From a virus (Duplodnaviria > Caudoviricetes): a DNA stretch of 64,000 nucleotides. Position numbers and translations under genes: made by a program. The DNA lies in the IMG/VR virus record IMGVR_UViG_3300043618_000034, positions 2,287 to 66,286 of that record; one strand, written 5' to 3'. The notes under the pieces are model-generated. The model searched no databases. It saw only the letters and a list, made by a program, of their open reading frames with translations, and had not been told where the DNA came from. Positions 17,570 through 26,141 of this stretch are shown here, piece after piece. Within the stretch, counting starts at the first letter, position 1. Each line of letters starts with the position of its first letter.

Positions 17570-18021
17570 CGGAACAGCTGCCCCGACGCTTCATGCTCGT
17601 CCGTGACGTCGACACCCCCGTCGCCGAGGGCATCGAGTTCACCGATAGCACCGTCGCTGTGCGGTCGGGAGCGTCGACTCTGATCTACATGTGCGTTGCC
17701 GAGATGGAGGGCGAATCCATCTTCGCGGACACCCGAGTCGTCTGGACCGACGATCAGCTCTGGGCGGGCCTGCTGGCTCTACTCGAAGGCAAGAACGCCG
17801 AGCTCAAGCGGCATCACCTCGACGCACGAGTCGGCAACCTTCAGGGCAGTCGCGTCGCCCTCGTCCGCGAGGTACTAGAGCAGTGGGCGCCAGCAGAAGG
17901 AACTCCGCTCGAAGCCCTTTGGATCCAAGTACGCGAGGCCGTCGAGAGCTACAGCGACGAGATCGCCCGAATCCATGCAGAAAGCGATCGCGGCATTTCC
18001 GGCATCGACCCCACCGCCTGA
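17566..18021 (+). CDS. Hypothetical protein
   Basis: RRFMLVRDVD...TRVVW, paralogous to 14307. Confidence 0.7.
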   Translation: MTEQLPRRFMLVRDVDTPVAEGIEFTDSTVAVRSGASTLIYMCVAEMEGESIFADTRVVWTDDQLWAGLLALLEGKNAELKRHHLDARVGNLQGSRVALVREVLEQWAPAEGTPLEALWIQVREAVESYSDEIARIHAESDRGISGIDPTA

Positions 18022-18052
18022 CCCACCCCGTACGCCCGCAAGGAGCCAGCCC

Positions 18053-18694
18053 GTGAACCTCGCCCTCGCCGACGACACCCCCGCCTGCACGATCTGCCGC
18101 ACCGCCCTGTACGACGACGAGATCAGCCAGCAGGCATGCCGCCGCTGCGTTCGTACCACCGACGAACACCTCCTCGCCCTCGCAGGGCCCCGTGGCCTGT
18201 ACGCACAACTCGACCGGCAGCTCGTCCCCGGATCCCGCACCGCCGACGTCGTCGTCTCCGGCGGACAAGCCACCGCACCCGTCCCCGTCAGTCTGGAAGT
18301 CCTCGACCTCCTGGCCGTCGGCGGCGCCGTCACCATCCTCCAGTCCTGGGTGGAGGTGTGGGCCGAACACGGACGAGCCCAAGCCAACCGTGCGGGCACC
18401 ATGCAGCAGCAACTTGACGCGGCGATCGGAACCCTCCGCTTCAACCTCGACTGGGCTGCAACGAGCGCGCCAGCCTTCGGTGACTTCGCCCACGAGGTCT
18501 ACAAGCTGAGGCGCCGCTGCGAACGCCAGATCACCCAAGAGCCGCCAGCCACCCGCATCCCCGTCCGCTGCCCCTGCGGAACAATCCTCCGCTTCACCAT
18601 CTCCACCCCCGGCACCACCTGCCACGGCTGCGGCACACGGTACGGCCGAGACACCATCACCACCCTGCCCCTCGCCCACGGGGCAGCAGCATGA
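18053..18694 (+). CDS. Zn-binding protein, candidate late-gene activator/antiterminator
   Basis: CxxC pairs at both ends (CTIC, CRRC, CPC, CHGC); near the end of the early operon; function is inference only. Confidence 0.6.
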   Translation: MNLALADDTPACTICRTALYDDEISQQACRRCVRTTDEHLLALAGPRGLYAQLDRQLVPGSRTADVVVSGGQATAPVPVSLEVLDLLAVGGAVTILQSWVEVWAEHGRAQANRAGTMQQQLDAAIGTLRFNLDWAATSAPAFGDFAHEVYKLRRRCERQITQEPPATRIPVRCPCGTILRFTISTPGTTCHGCGTRYGRDTITTLPLAHGAAA

Positions 18695-18912
18695 GTCAGA
18701 CCACGCCCGCGTTCGGACGCGTCCCGATCTACCTCAGCACCGACGGTCGGCCGTGCCTGGATGCCGACACCGTCGTACTCCTCCTACGCGCCATCGCCTC
18801 CACCCACCGCAACCTCGCCGACGATCCCGACTGCGACCTCCACACCGCCGCTGAGGCGATCGACCAGGAGGCGGACGCGCTCAGCGTGAACGTCATTCTC
18901 CATACTCGGTGA
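18691..18912 (+). CDS. Hypothetical protein
   Basis: ATGA overlap. Confidence 0.65.
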   Translation: MSQTTPAFGRVPIYLSTDGRPCLDADTVVLLLRAIASTHRNLADDPDCDLHTAAEAIDQEADALSVNVILHTR

Positions 18913-18914
18913 GG

Positions 18915-19145
18915 TCAGCCCGCCCACCCGATCTCGCGGATCTGAACCGTCCCGTCGACAGGCTCGTACTGCACCCAGGCCAGCCCGCTCCACGCCTCGC
19001 GGATCTCCTCGACCGAGCCCAGGTCCGCGACGCACGGCCAGGCACGCGGCTCGGACCGTACGGTCTCGATCAGGGCGAGCACCTCGCCGAGCGCCTCAAC
19101 CGGCAGCTCAGCCATCACCTCAGCGGCCAACTCCTCGAACACCAT
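18915..19145 (-). CDS. Small RelE/ParE-fold-like protein
   Basis: LALIETVRSEPRAW...REAWSGLAWVQYEPVDGTVQIREIGWAG; AGGGAGG SD. Confidence 0.6.
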   Translation of the reverse strand: MVFEELAAEVMAELPVEALGEVLALIETVRSEPRAWPCVADLGSVEEIREAWSGLAWVQYEPVDGTVQIREIGWAG

Positions 19146-19204
19146 GAGCACCTCCCTTGATCGGCAGTGGGAGGACCGTACGGCGCACAGCAGAAACACC
19201 GCGA

Positions 19205-19232
19205 CCCCTGTGGATAAGGTTTTCCACAGGGG
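19205..19232. promoter_or_regulatory. Inverted pair of DnaA-box matches
   Basis: TGTGGATAA (TTATCCACA on minus, 19209-17) and TTTTCCACA (19220-28) inside a 10-bp inverted repeat. Confidence 0.5.
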
Positions 19233-19346
19233 CCTTCAACGTGCCGGTGGGGGTCTGTACCCGGGTTCGCCGACGCCCCACCCGTAGTCGTGCGCGGGTG
19301 CTCCCCTCCACCGTCACCCCAGACGGGGCCGGACGCATCCGGACCG

Positions 19347-19550
19347 CTATCCGGCCGCCAGCTCCGGGTGGCGGACGTGCTTCTTCAGCTCCCGCTCCAC
19401 GTCGATCCGCCGCTCCCCGATGGTCTCCGCGTGTGCCACGGTCGCCGTGTGGACTGCGAGCGCGGTCTCCACGGTGAGGGTCCCGGCCTGGATCTCCGCC
19501 CACGCGGTGCGCTCCAGCTCGATCAGGTCGTCAGAGAGTTCGATAGCCAC
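19347..19550 (-). CDS. Hypothetical protein, probably leaderless
   Basis: GTG at 19550 lies 6 nt after TACGAT; MAIELSDDLIELERTAW... Confidence 0.65.
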   Translation of the reverse strand: MAIELSDDLIELERTAWAEIQAGTLTVETALAVHTATVAHAETIGERRIDVERELKKHVRHPELAAG

Positions 19551-19575
19551 CGCCGGATCGTATCTGCACAGCACA

Positions 19576-19621
19576 GAGCCCCCGCCACGACCACTAGAAC
19601 TCAAGGACCCGGCGGGGGCTC
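19576..19621. terminator. GC-rich hairpin
   Basis: GAGCCCCCGCC / GGCGGGGGCTC 11-bp inverted repeat downstream of 19640..19990. Confidence 0.55.
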
Positions 19622-19639
19622 CGTCACGCAGGGGCGGGG

Positions 19640-19990
19640 CTACGACGGTGGAAGTGGCTTTACGTCGTTATAGATCGCGTACTCGCCTTCACGCTTCCAC
19701 TCGTCATCCCAAGGCTGCAAGCCAATCTCACCCAGAACCCGCCGCACCTCAGACTTTCCCGCGCGGATTGCCTCCGGAGTCAGCTCTGCCAGCACCTCCA
19801 GTTCCTCGCGCAGGATCTCACCGTCGGGCAGCTCCTCATACTCCCCGGGGACGTCCTCCCCATAGCTGACTCGGCGCAGCTCCATCTCCATCTTCCCGTC
19901 CAAGTAGGCGGGGTGGAACGTGAGACGAACCTGCATTGCTTCGTCGGAGTCGAATGCACCGCTGGCCACCAGGTCAGAAAAATCGTCCAC
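19640..19990 (-). CDS. Small acidic hypothetical protein
   Basis: GAGGAG SD; 29 D/E versus 12 K/R in 116 aa. Confidence 0.7.
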   Translation of the reverse strand: MDDFSDLVASGAFDSDEAMQVRLTFHPAYLDGKMEMELRRVSYGEDVPGEYEELPDGEILREELEVLAELTPEAIRAGKSEVRRVLGEIGLQPWDDEWKREGEYAIYNDVKPLPPS

Positions 19991-20022
19991 CGTTACGGCT
20001 CCTCATCCTTCTCGGCCTTCTC

Positions 20023-20346
20023 TTATTCCTCGGCGGCCTTCTTGGCCGCGTTGGCCTGCTTCTTCGCCTTGACCTTCTGGGCAGTCGTTACCCCTGTGCC
20101 GATCTGCCGGGCACGCTCCGCCGATACATCGCCGATGATGTTCGCGATCTCGGGCCAGGTCTTCTGCTGCTCTTCCCGCAGGGCGCGAACACTGGCTTCG
20201 CGGACCTGGCGCAACCGAGCGTGATACCCCGGCCAATCCCGCAGCGCTTGCGAGACCGCGCTGGTACGGGCAGCCGGATCCTCCATCGCCTCGAATGCAT
20301 CGATGGCTTCCAACAGCCTCTTCACCTCCTCTGGAACCTCTGCCAT
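20023..20346 (-). CDS. HTH DNA-binding protein
   Basis: QKTWPEIANIIGDVSAERARQI HTH; GGGAGAG SD. Confidence 0.75.
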   Translation of the reverse strand: MAEVPEEVKRLLEAIDAFEAMEDPAARTSAVSQALRDWPGYHARLRQVREASVRALREEQQKTWPEIANIIGDVSAERARQIGTGVTTAQKVKAKKQANAAKKAAEE

Positions 20347-20384
20347 GTTCGCTCTCCCTCTCTCCCGGGAGGCGGCTCGGATAT

Positions 20385-20437
20385 GACACCAAGCCTAGGC
20401 CTTGCACTCTCACAGGGCAAGGCCTAGGCTTGGTGTC
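20385..20437. promoter_or_regulatory. 21-bp perfect inverted repeat forming overlapping divergent promoters
   Basis: GACACCAAGCCTAGGCCTTGC-N11-GCAAGGCCTAGGCTTGGTGTC; TTGCAC-N17-TAGGCT on + and TTGCCC-N17-TAGGCT on -. Confidence 0.75.
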
Positions 20438-20475
20438 TGCGAGGCCGCTCCTTGGTCTCGTGCTCCAACAAGAAC

Positions 20476-20514
20476 GGCCCCGGCCGGAGTTCACAGCTCC
20501 AAGCGGCCGGGGCC
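20476..20514 (+). other. Leader hairpin upstream of the accessory operon
   Basis: GGCCCCGGCCG / CGGCCGGGGCC 11-bp stem. Confidence 0.55.
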
Positions 20515-20540
20515 TGCCATCAGCCTGACTTCACCAGGAG

Positions 20541-20915
20541 ATGACTGTGCAGAAGCGTACAGATCACACACCCACCCGCGAAGAGGCCACCCGCGGCCTG
20601 ATCGCCGCCGCGCTCGGACTGCCCACCACCTGGACGCCCGACCCCGCCGACGGCGAGACCGAGCGCCGCGCCGCCCTGTGGTCCGTGACCGAGCTCAACA
20701 CCGCGTTCCAGCGCCTCGGCGGCACCGTGACCCTCGCCGAGGTCACCCGCACCACCAACTGCGGCACCACGTACGACATCACCGAGATCACCCTCACCAT
20801 CACGGTCCCCGAGGTCGGCGAGGTCCAGGCCGTCACCGACTGGAACGCCGAGACCGAACCCGCGGCGATCCTCCTGCCCGTCCTCCGGGCCGTCACCGCG
20901 GGGGCCGGCCGATGA
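20541..20915 (+). CDS. Hypothetical protein
   Basis: AGGAG SD; first gene after the palindromic promoter. Confidence 0.75.
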   Translation: MTVQKRTDHTPTREEATRGLIAAALGLPTTWTPDPADGETERRAALWSVTELNTAFQRLGGTVTLAEVTRTTNCGTTYDITEITLTITVPEVGEVQAVTDWNAETEPAAILLPVLRAVTAGAGR

Positions 20916-21160
20916 ACTCGACCACCCGCGTCCGGGCCGCGCTCGCCACCATGGCGACCATGTGCCGCAACCGCCCGGGCGACGCCTTGAACGACGGTGG
21001 CCGGCTCACCCTCGCGAACGCAGCCAGCGCCGCCGGTACGAGTGGCGTCGCCGAGATCCTGGACGCCGCACCCCGGATCTGGGACCCCACCACCAGGGGC
21101 GAGTACGCCATGGTCCTCGACAAGGCCGCCTATGCGCTCGCCGACGGCGAGGTGGCGTGA
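20912..21160 (+). CDS. Hypothetical protein
   Basis: ATGA overlap; MNSTTRVRAALATMA... Confidence 0.65.
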   Translation: MNSTTRVRAALATMATMCRNRPGDALNDGGRLTLANAASAAGTSGVAEILDAAPRIWDPTTRGEYAMVLDKAAYALADGEVA

Positions 21161-21417
21161 TGCCCACGACCCACTACACCGACGACGCGGGCAACTTCGT
21201 GAACGTCCGCGAGGTTGCCGAGTACTTCATCCAGGTTCAGCAAGACGACGGGAGCTGGGAGAGCGACAGCAGCACCAGCAGCCCTGACATCGAAGTCGCC
21301 TTCGAGTGCCTTGAGGTCCGCCGTCAGCGCAGCCCGGGCCTCGTGCAGCGAGTTGCGAGTGCCACGACCACGGTCATCATCGGGCGAGACGTCGAGACTG
21401 GCGAGGAGGACCGATGA
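21160..21417 (+). CDS. Hypothetical acidic protein
   Basis: TGATG overlap, GAGGTG SD. Confidence 0.65.
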   Translation: MPTTHYTDDAGNFVNVREVAEYFIQVQQDDGSWESDSSTSSPDIEVAFECLEVRRQRSPGLVQRVASATTTVIIGRDVETGEEDR

Positions 21418-21638
21418 GTACGTCAACCTCTCTGTCCTTGCAGTCCCGTTCTGTCGGCGAAGGCGGTGGGTCGCTGATGGCCGACGAGCAGCGGCCGGAC
21501 CGCCGGCCTCGGCCGAACACCGTCGCCGACGCACCCGCGACCCCGGACGCTTGTCGTCGCGACTTCGAGCAGGGCGCGGCCGACCGGGCCACGTCCGCGA
21601 AGAAGGACGCGCACGCCAACCGGGGGGGCACCCGATGA
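21414..21638 (+). CDS. Hypothetical protein
   Basis: ATGA overlaps at both ends. Confidence 0.5.
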   Translation: MSTSTSLSLQSRSVGEGGGSLMADEQRPDRRPRPNTVADAPATPDACRRDFEQGAADRATSAKKDAHANRGGTR

Positions 21639-21922
21639 CCACGAACTGGACGGCCGTAGCCGACGCCCTCGGGCGGGTCGCTGACGCCCTGGAACGTATG
21701 CCGCACCTCGACCCCGACGCAGCCGTACGCCTCGTCGTCTGGGGCCACCCGGAAACGCCCTACCCCGGAGACGACGCCCCCGGCGCCGACCTCTTCGACG
21801 AGGTGTCGTCCTTGATCGAGTGCGCGACCGGCTGGCAGGGCAACGGCATCGCCGACGTCCCCGTGGCCGATGCGATCACCGCGGCCCGGTCCGAGGCCGC
21901 CCGCATCCGCTCGTTCGGCTGA
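21635..21922 (+). CDS. Hypothetical protein
   Basis: MTTNWTAVADALGRVADALE...; GGGGG SD. Confidence 0.7.
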   Translation: MTTNWTAVADALGRVADALERMPHLDPDAAVRLVVWGHPETPYPGDDAPGADLFDEVSSLIECATGWQGNGIADVPVADAITAARSEAARIRSFG

Positions 21923-21932
21923 CCTCACCATC

Positions 21933-21962
21933 GGCCGGGCCACCCACTGCGGTGGCCCGGCC
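21933..21962. terminator. GC-rich hairpin
   Basis: GGCCGGGCCACC / GGTGGCCCGGCC 12-bp stem between genes. Confidence 0.55.
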
Positions 21963-21986
21963 CCTACTCCGCTCCCGGAGACCAAC

Positions 21987-23000
21987 TTGAACCGCATCGT
22001 CTGGTGGGCATCCCTCGCACTGATCGGAGGCGCCGCCGCATCCATCGCCGCCTGGTCCCTCTACGTCGTCGCCCACGACATCTACGGCGTCCCCGCACAG
22101 CTCGCCGTCCTCACCGCCGCCGTGTTCGACGGCGCCGCCATCGCGTGCCTCTACCTCGCCAACGAAGCAGCGAAGGAGGTGCGTTCCGCGCTCGGCCCGC
22201 ACCTCGCGACCATCGGCCTCATCGGCGTCTCGATCTACCTCAACCGCCTCCACGCCGAGCACATCAACGGCGGCATCGGCGCAACGCTGCTCTTCGCCGC
22301 GCCCGCCGTCGCCCTGCTCCTGGTGACCAGCCTCGCCTGGTCCGGAGTACGCGCCCGCCGGCGGACCGACCGAGGAGAACGGCCCGTGTCCCTGCCCCAC
22401 TACGGGCTATGGGGGTGGCTCCTCGCCCACGAGCAGGCATGGAACGCCACCAAAGCGCGCGCCGTACACCAGGTCACGACCGGTGCGGATCCGATCCGCA
22501 CCGAGTCCGCACCGGTCCGCAGCGCATCCGCCGCCTTGCGCGATCACTTCAAGGGCATGAACCCCGAGGACGCTATCCAGTTCGCCCACTCCGCGAAGCC
22601 GGGCACCTCGCCTGCGGAGCTCGCTGCGGAACTCACTTCGTACGGGGTTCACGTCTCGGCGGTGCAGGTCGCCCTCGTCCTCGGATACGAGCCTCCGAGG
22701 GTCCGGATCGAGCGTCCGCACCGATCCGCACCCGATCCGCACCGCCCCCTCGACGAGGGTGATGACGAGCCGCTGACCGGCCCGGACCCGATCCGCATCG
22801 GATCCGCACCGCGTCCCACCAACGTGCTGGAGGCCGTGAAGCTCCTCGCGTCCCAGGGGATCGTCGACGAGGTGCAAGTAACCGCCGAAGCCACCCGCCT
22901 CCTCGGCCGGGAGGTCAAGCAGGAGACCGTACGCAAGTACCTCGGCGGCAAGGCCAAGCCCACGGACGGCATCGGTATGGGTGGCGGGGGCTACAACTAA
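21987..23000 (+). CDS. Multi-TM protein, DUF2637/Spd-like (plasmid spread family)
   Basis: Four TM segments with SLYVVA, AVFDGAAIAC, VSIYLN..H, PAVA motifs; cytoplasmic tail ending in HTH-like VKQETVRKYL; TTG start, GGAG SD. Confidence 0.7.
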   Translation: MNRIVWWASLALIGGAAASIAAWSLYVVAHDIYGVPAQLAVLTAAVFDGAAIACLYLANEAAKEVRSALGPHLATIGLIGVSIYLNRLHAEHINGGIGATLLFAAPAVALLLVTSLAWSGVRARRRTDRGERPVSLPHYGLWGWLLAHEQAWNATKARAVHQVTTGADPIRTESAPVRSASAALRDHFKGMNPEDAIQFAHSAKPGTSPAELAAELTSYGVHVSAVQVALVLGYEPPRVRIERPHRSAPDPHRPLDEGDDEPLTGPDPIRIGSAPRPTNVLEAVKLLASQGIVDEVQVTAEATRLLGREVKQETVRKYLGGKAKPTDGIGMGGGGYN

Positions 23001-23170
23001 TGCCCCTCGCCCTGATCGCCTTCCCTCTGTGCGCGGTCCTCGCCGTGGTCGGCGTGATCGCCACCCGCCCCCAAGGCCGCCTCCGCCTCGTGCTCCCCCT
23101 CATGGCGCACGTCGGCGCATTCGTCCTCGGCACGATCGTCGGCGTCCTCGGCTGGCAGGTGTGGACGTGA
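23000..23170 (+). CDS. Small two-TM protein
   Basis: Hand translation MPLALIAFPLCAVLAVVGVIA...; TAATG overlap. Confidence 0.6.
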   Translation: MPLALIAFPLCAVLAVVGVIATRPQGRLRLVLPLMAHVGAFVLGTIVGVLGWQVWT

Positions 23171-23370
23171 CCGAGACCCCACTCCGCGACCTCGCCGAGG
23201 CCTGGCACGCCGTGACCCTCCTCGGCCTCACCAGCCCCCAGGCCGCTATCGCCACCGACGTGCTGACGCTGCTCCTCGCCGGGCTCGCCATCCGCCGCGG
23301 CCACCACCGCACCGCCGCCACCCTCACCGCCGCGACCACCGCGGCCACCCTGTGGAGCCACACATCGTGA
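23167..23370 (+). CDS. Small membrane protein
   Basis: GTGA overlaps; hydrophobic. Confidence 0.6.
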   Translation: MTETPLRDLAEAWHAVTLLGLTSPQAAIATDVLTLLLAGLAIRRGHHRTAATLTAATTAATLWSHTS

Positions 23371-23507
23371 TCTACCTCGTCCTCGCCGTCGGCATCATCG
23401 CCTTCGCCGTTGCCTGCGTCTCCCGATCGCAGAACAAGCGTGACGCGGCCCTCGGTGCCGCCCTCGCCGCCCTGCTGATCGCCCTGATCTTCGGGGGCCA
23501 GTGGTGA
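23367..23507 (+). CDS. Small two-TM protein
   Basis: Hand translation MIYLVLAVGIIAFAVAC...ALGAALAALLIALIFGGQW. Confidence 0.6.
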   Translation: MIYLVLAVGIIAFAVACVSRSQNKRDAALGAALAALLIALIFGGQW

Positions 23508-24094
23508 CCAAGCGCCGCCCCATCGTGCCCACGCGGATCATCCCCGCAGGCCAGCCGCTCCCGGGGGAGCTGCCACCGAAACCGGCCGCACCACCGCCAC
23601 CTCCCCCTCGACCACCTGCACCGCCCACCACGGCGTGGCCGTTCCCCATCCCGGTGCCGCCGCCCGCCGCCCCGCCCGTGGTGCCGCCCCCTGGCGACAT
23701 CCACTTCCACACCCACTACGTCTTCACCAACCTGCCCGCCATCCCCGAGCCGGAGCCCGGCCCCGCCTGGTGGGTGAGGTGCAGGCCCTTCTACAACCTC
23801 GCCTGCATCCTCGCCGGATACCCGGTCACCACCTGGTGGGCGGACGTCCTCGGCAGCGCCCGCGAGGAGGCCGGACTCGCCGGAGCGTGGGTGATCGCAC
23901 TCATCCCACTCGCAATCTTGGTGTTCGCCGACCAAATCCACCGCGTCGCCGCCGCCGGAGCCGCCGAAGACCTGTGGATCCCTAAGGCGAAGTCGGCCGT
24001 CACGCGCACCCTCCTGTGGTCCGCGCTCATCGCCACCTGCATCGCCCTGCCCTTTCTGACCGTCGCCTACGTCCTGACGGGGGTACGCCCGTGA
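23504..24094 (+). CDS. Pro-rich membrane protein
   Basis: Poly-Pro N-terminus followed by three TM segments. Confidence 0.7.
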   Translation: MTKRRPIVPTRIIPAGQPLPGELPPKPAAPPPPPPRPPAPPTTAWPFPIPVPPPAAPPVVPPPGDIHFHTHYVFTNLPAIPEPEPGPAWWVRCRPFYNLACILAGYPVTTWWADVLGSAREEAGLAGAWVIALIPLAILVFADQIHRVAAAGAAEDLWIPKAKSAVTRTLLWSALIATCIALPFLTVAYVLTGVRP

Positions 24095-24699
24095 TCAGCC
24101 TCGCCGCCGGGTTCGGCAACATGGCCAGCTACTCCGTCACCAGCGCTGGGCTCGCTCTCGCAGTCGGGATACTCGCCATCGAACATGCCCGTTGGTGGGG
24201 CATCGGCAAGGGCGGAGGCAGTGCGGCAACCGCCGGGGCAGCCCCAGGCGGCAAGGCCAAGGACCCGAAGGAACTGATTCCGTTTTGGTTCGGCATGGCC
24301 TTCGGCACCCTCATGGTTGCCTGCCCCGCCGGGATCCTCGGTTACGCATCCGGTTTCCTCCGCTGGGGCGGTAACGGCATCGGCGGGTTGATCATGTCGT
24401 GGATGACCGGCCAGAAGGCCACCACCATCGCCTCGTCATCTGCGCCCCGCCTCGACCAGAACGGGGCCATCGTGGTGACCGTCCTCGTCGTCGTGCTGTT
24501 CGCGCTGCGCAAGCAGTTCCCCAAGGGACCCCAAGGGTCAAAAGGCAAGTTCAAGAAGGGCGCGTTCTGCGGGGTGCTCCTGGCCATCAGTACCGGGATC
24601 TTCGCGTTCGTAGGCAACCTCGTCGTACCCAGCGCCAACCAAGTCGGTGCGTGGGCGATCACTTCAATCGCCACCTTCGACCTCGGCAGCCTCGTATGA
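24091..24699 (+). CDS. Multi-TM membrane protein
   Basis: At least four hydrophobic segments; GTGA/ATGA overlaps. Confidence 0.7.
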   Translation: MISLAAGFGNMASYSVTSAGLALAVGILAIEHARWWGIGKGGGSAATAGAAPGGKAKDPKELIPFWFGMAFGTLMVACPAGILGYASGFLRWGGNGIGGLIMSWMTGQKATTIASSSAPRLDQNGAIVVTVLVVVLFALRKQFPKGPQGSKGKFKKGAFCGVLLAISTGIFAFVGNLVVPSANQVGAWAITSIATFDLGSLV

Positions 24700-25502
24700 C
24701 CACCGCACAGTGGCTCCGCGCCGCCGCCCGCCGCATCGGCCACGGCTCCAGCTACCTCTGCTGGTCCATCAGCCGCCGCGCAGCTGGAACCGCCCGTCGG
24801 TGGGCCGGCGGGATCCGTGGCTGGCTCGGCGCGGCAAGCGGGTGGGAGTGGTGCCTCCGCACCGGGATCCTCCTCGTCCTCGCCCTCGTCGCCCGCAAGC
24901 TCGGCGGCGGACTCCTCGGCGCCGTCGCCGCCCACGCGGACCGGGCCGCCTGGCTCCTCTGGCCCCTCACCATCGGCTGGTGCATCGCCGCCTACCGCAC
25001 CCACGACCGACCCCGCGTCCTCCCCCCACCGCCGGACAAGCTCACCGACGAGAAGCCTGCCGCGGACGCCGAGGGCGAGGCAGACGACCCGACCCCAGCA
25101 CCCGACGAAGACGCGGCCCGACCGGCCTTCGCAGACCTCATCGCCACCGCGCAGAAGGTCGGCACCCCCCACGTCCACATCGCCGTCCTCGCGAAGGAAC
25201 TCGGCACCACCACGGCCGCCGTCCGCGAGCGACTCACCGCCGCCGGTGTCCCCATCGAGCCGGTGCGGATGAAGGGGCACGGCAGCAGCACGGGCGTCCG
25301 GCACGAGGACATCGCACCCCACTACCCCCCCCCACCCGCCCCTTCTGAAGGTGTTGTTGGTGCAGGTCAGGAGACCAACAACAACGACAACAACACCCAA
25401 GGGCTCCGCGTGACCCGCAGTGCGGGAGGGGCTCAGATCACCATCAACGACAGCTCGAAGCACCACACCACGACCTCCGGGCGGGAGGTGAACGAGCCGT
25501 GA
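24696..25502 (+). CDS. Membrane protein with C-terminal winged-helix-like domain
   Basis: Two TM segments; HVHIAVLAKELGTTTAAVRERLTAAGVP. Confidence 0.7.
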   Translation: MTTAQWLRAAARRIGHGSSYLCWSISRRAAGTARRWAGGIRGWLGAASGWEWCLRTGILLVLALVARKLGGGLLGAVAAHADRAAWLLWPLTIGWCIAAYRTHDRPRVLPPPPDKLTDEKPAADAEGEADDPTPAPDEDAARPAFADLIATAQKVGTPHVHIAVLAKELGTTTAAVRERLTAAGVPIEPVRMKGHGSSTGVRHEDIAPHYPPPPAPSEGVVGAGQETNNNDNNTQGLRVTRSAGGAQITINDSSKHHTTTSGREVNEP

Positions 25503-25594
25503 TCACCCGCCTGTTGTCCGTCCTCCGCCTCGACATCCCGGAACTTCCGTACTGCCCCCGATGCGGCGGCCACTACCCCGAACACACCCACTGA
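25499..25594 (+). CDS. Small Zn-binding peptide
   Basis: Hand translation MITRLLSVLRLDIPELPYCPRCGGHYPEHTH; GGGAGG SD. Confidence 0.5.
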   Translation: MITRLLSVLRLDIPELPYCPRCGGHYPEHTH

Positions 25595-25605
25595 AGGAGA
25601 CCACC

Positions 25606-25782
25606 ATGAGCACCCACCAGAGCGTCGCCGACTACATCGCCGCCCGCCAGGCAGGGGACGACGCCACCTGCCGCCGAATCGTCGCCGAGGTCGGCGCGCG
25701 CTTCGCCACCCGCACCACCGACGGCAGCGAACTGGCCGAGCTGTACGAGGCCAACCGCACCGTGCCGCTCGCCGAGAACTGA
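25606..25782 (+). CDS. Hypothetical protein
   Basis: AAGGAG SD. Confidence 0.65.
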   Translation: MSTHQSVADYIAARQAGDDATCRRIVAEVGARFATRTTDGSELAELYEANRTVPLAEN

Positions 25783-25795
25783 CACCCTGAGACCA

Positions 25796-25831
25796 GGCCC
25801 CGCCGCGACCCACCCCCGACGCGGCGGGGCC
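25796..25831. terminator. GC-rich hairpin
   Basis: GGCCCCGCCGCG / CGCGGCGGGGCC 12-bp stem. Confidence 0.55.
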
Positions 25832-25853
25832 CTCGCACGAGAGGACCACAGCC

Positions 25854-26111
25854 ATGGCCGACACCTACTCCGGACCCGGCACGCTCACCCTCCCCGACGA
25901 GGACGGCGTCACCACCTTGCCCGTACACGTGGACCTCGGCGTCGACCCCATCACCGGGGAATGGCGCGGCGCCTGCGAGCCGACCAGGCCGCTCTCGCTG
26001 ACGCACGAAGTCGTCGAACTCGTCTTGCCCGACTGTCTACCCGCGACCGCGTACCTCCTGGAGGGCGCCGGGCTGGAAATCTACGGCAGCGGCACACCGC
26101 CGTGGTGGTAA
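25854..26111 (+). CDS. Hypothetical protein
   Basis: GAGGA SD. Confidence 0.65.
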   Translation: MADTYSGPGTLTLPDEDGVTTLPVHVDLGVDPITGEWRGACEPTRPLSLTHEVVELVLPDCLPATAYLLEGAGLEIYGSGTPPWW

Positions 26112-26141
26112 CTGTTCCTCGCTACCCTGACCGCACTGGAG

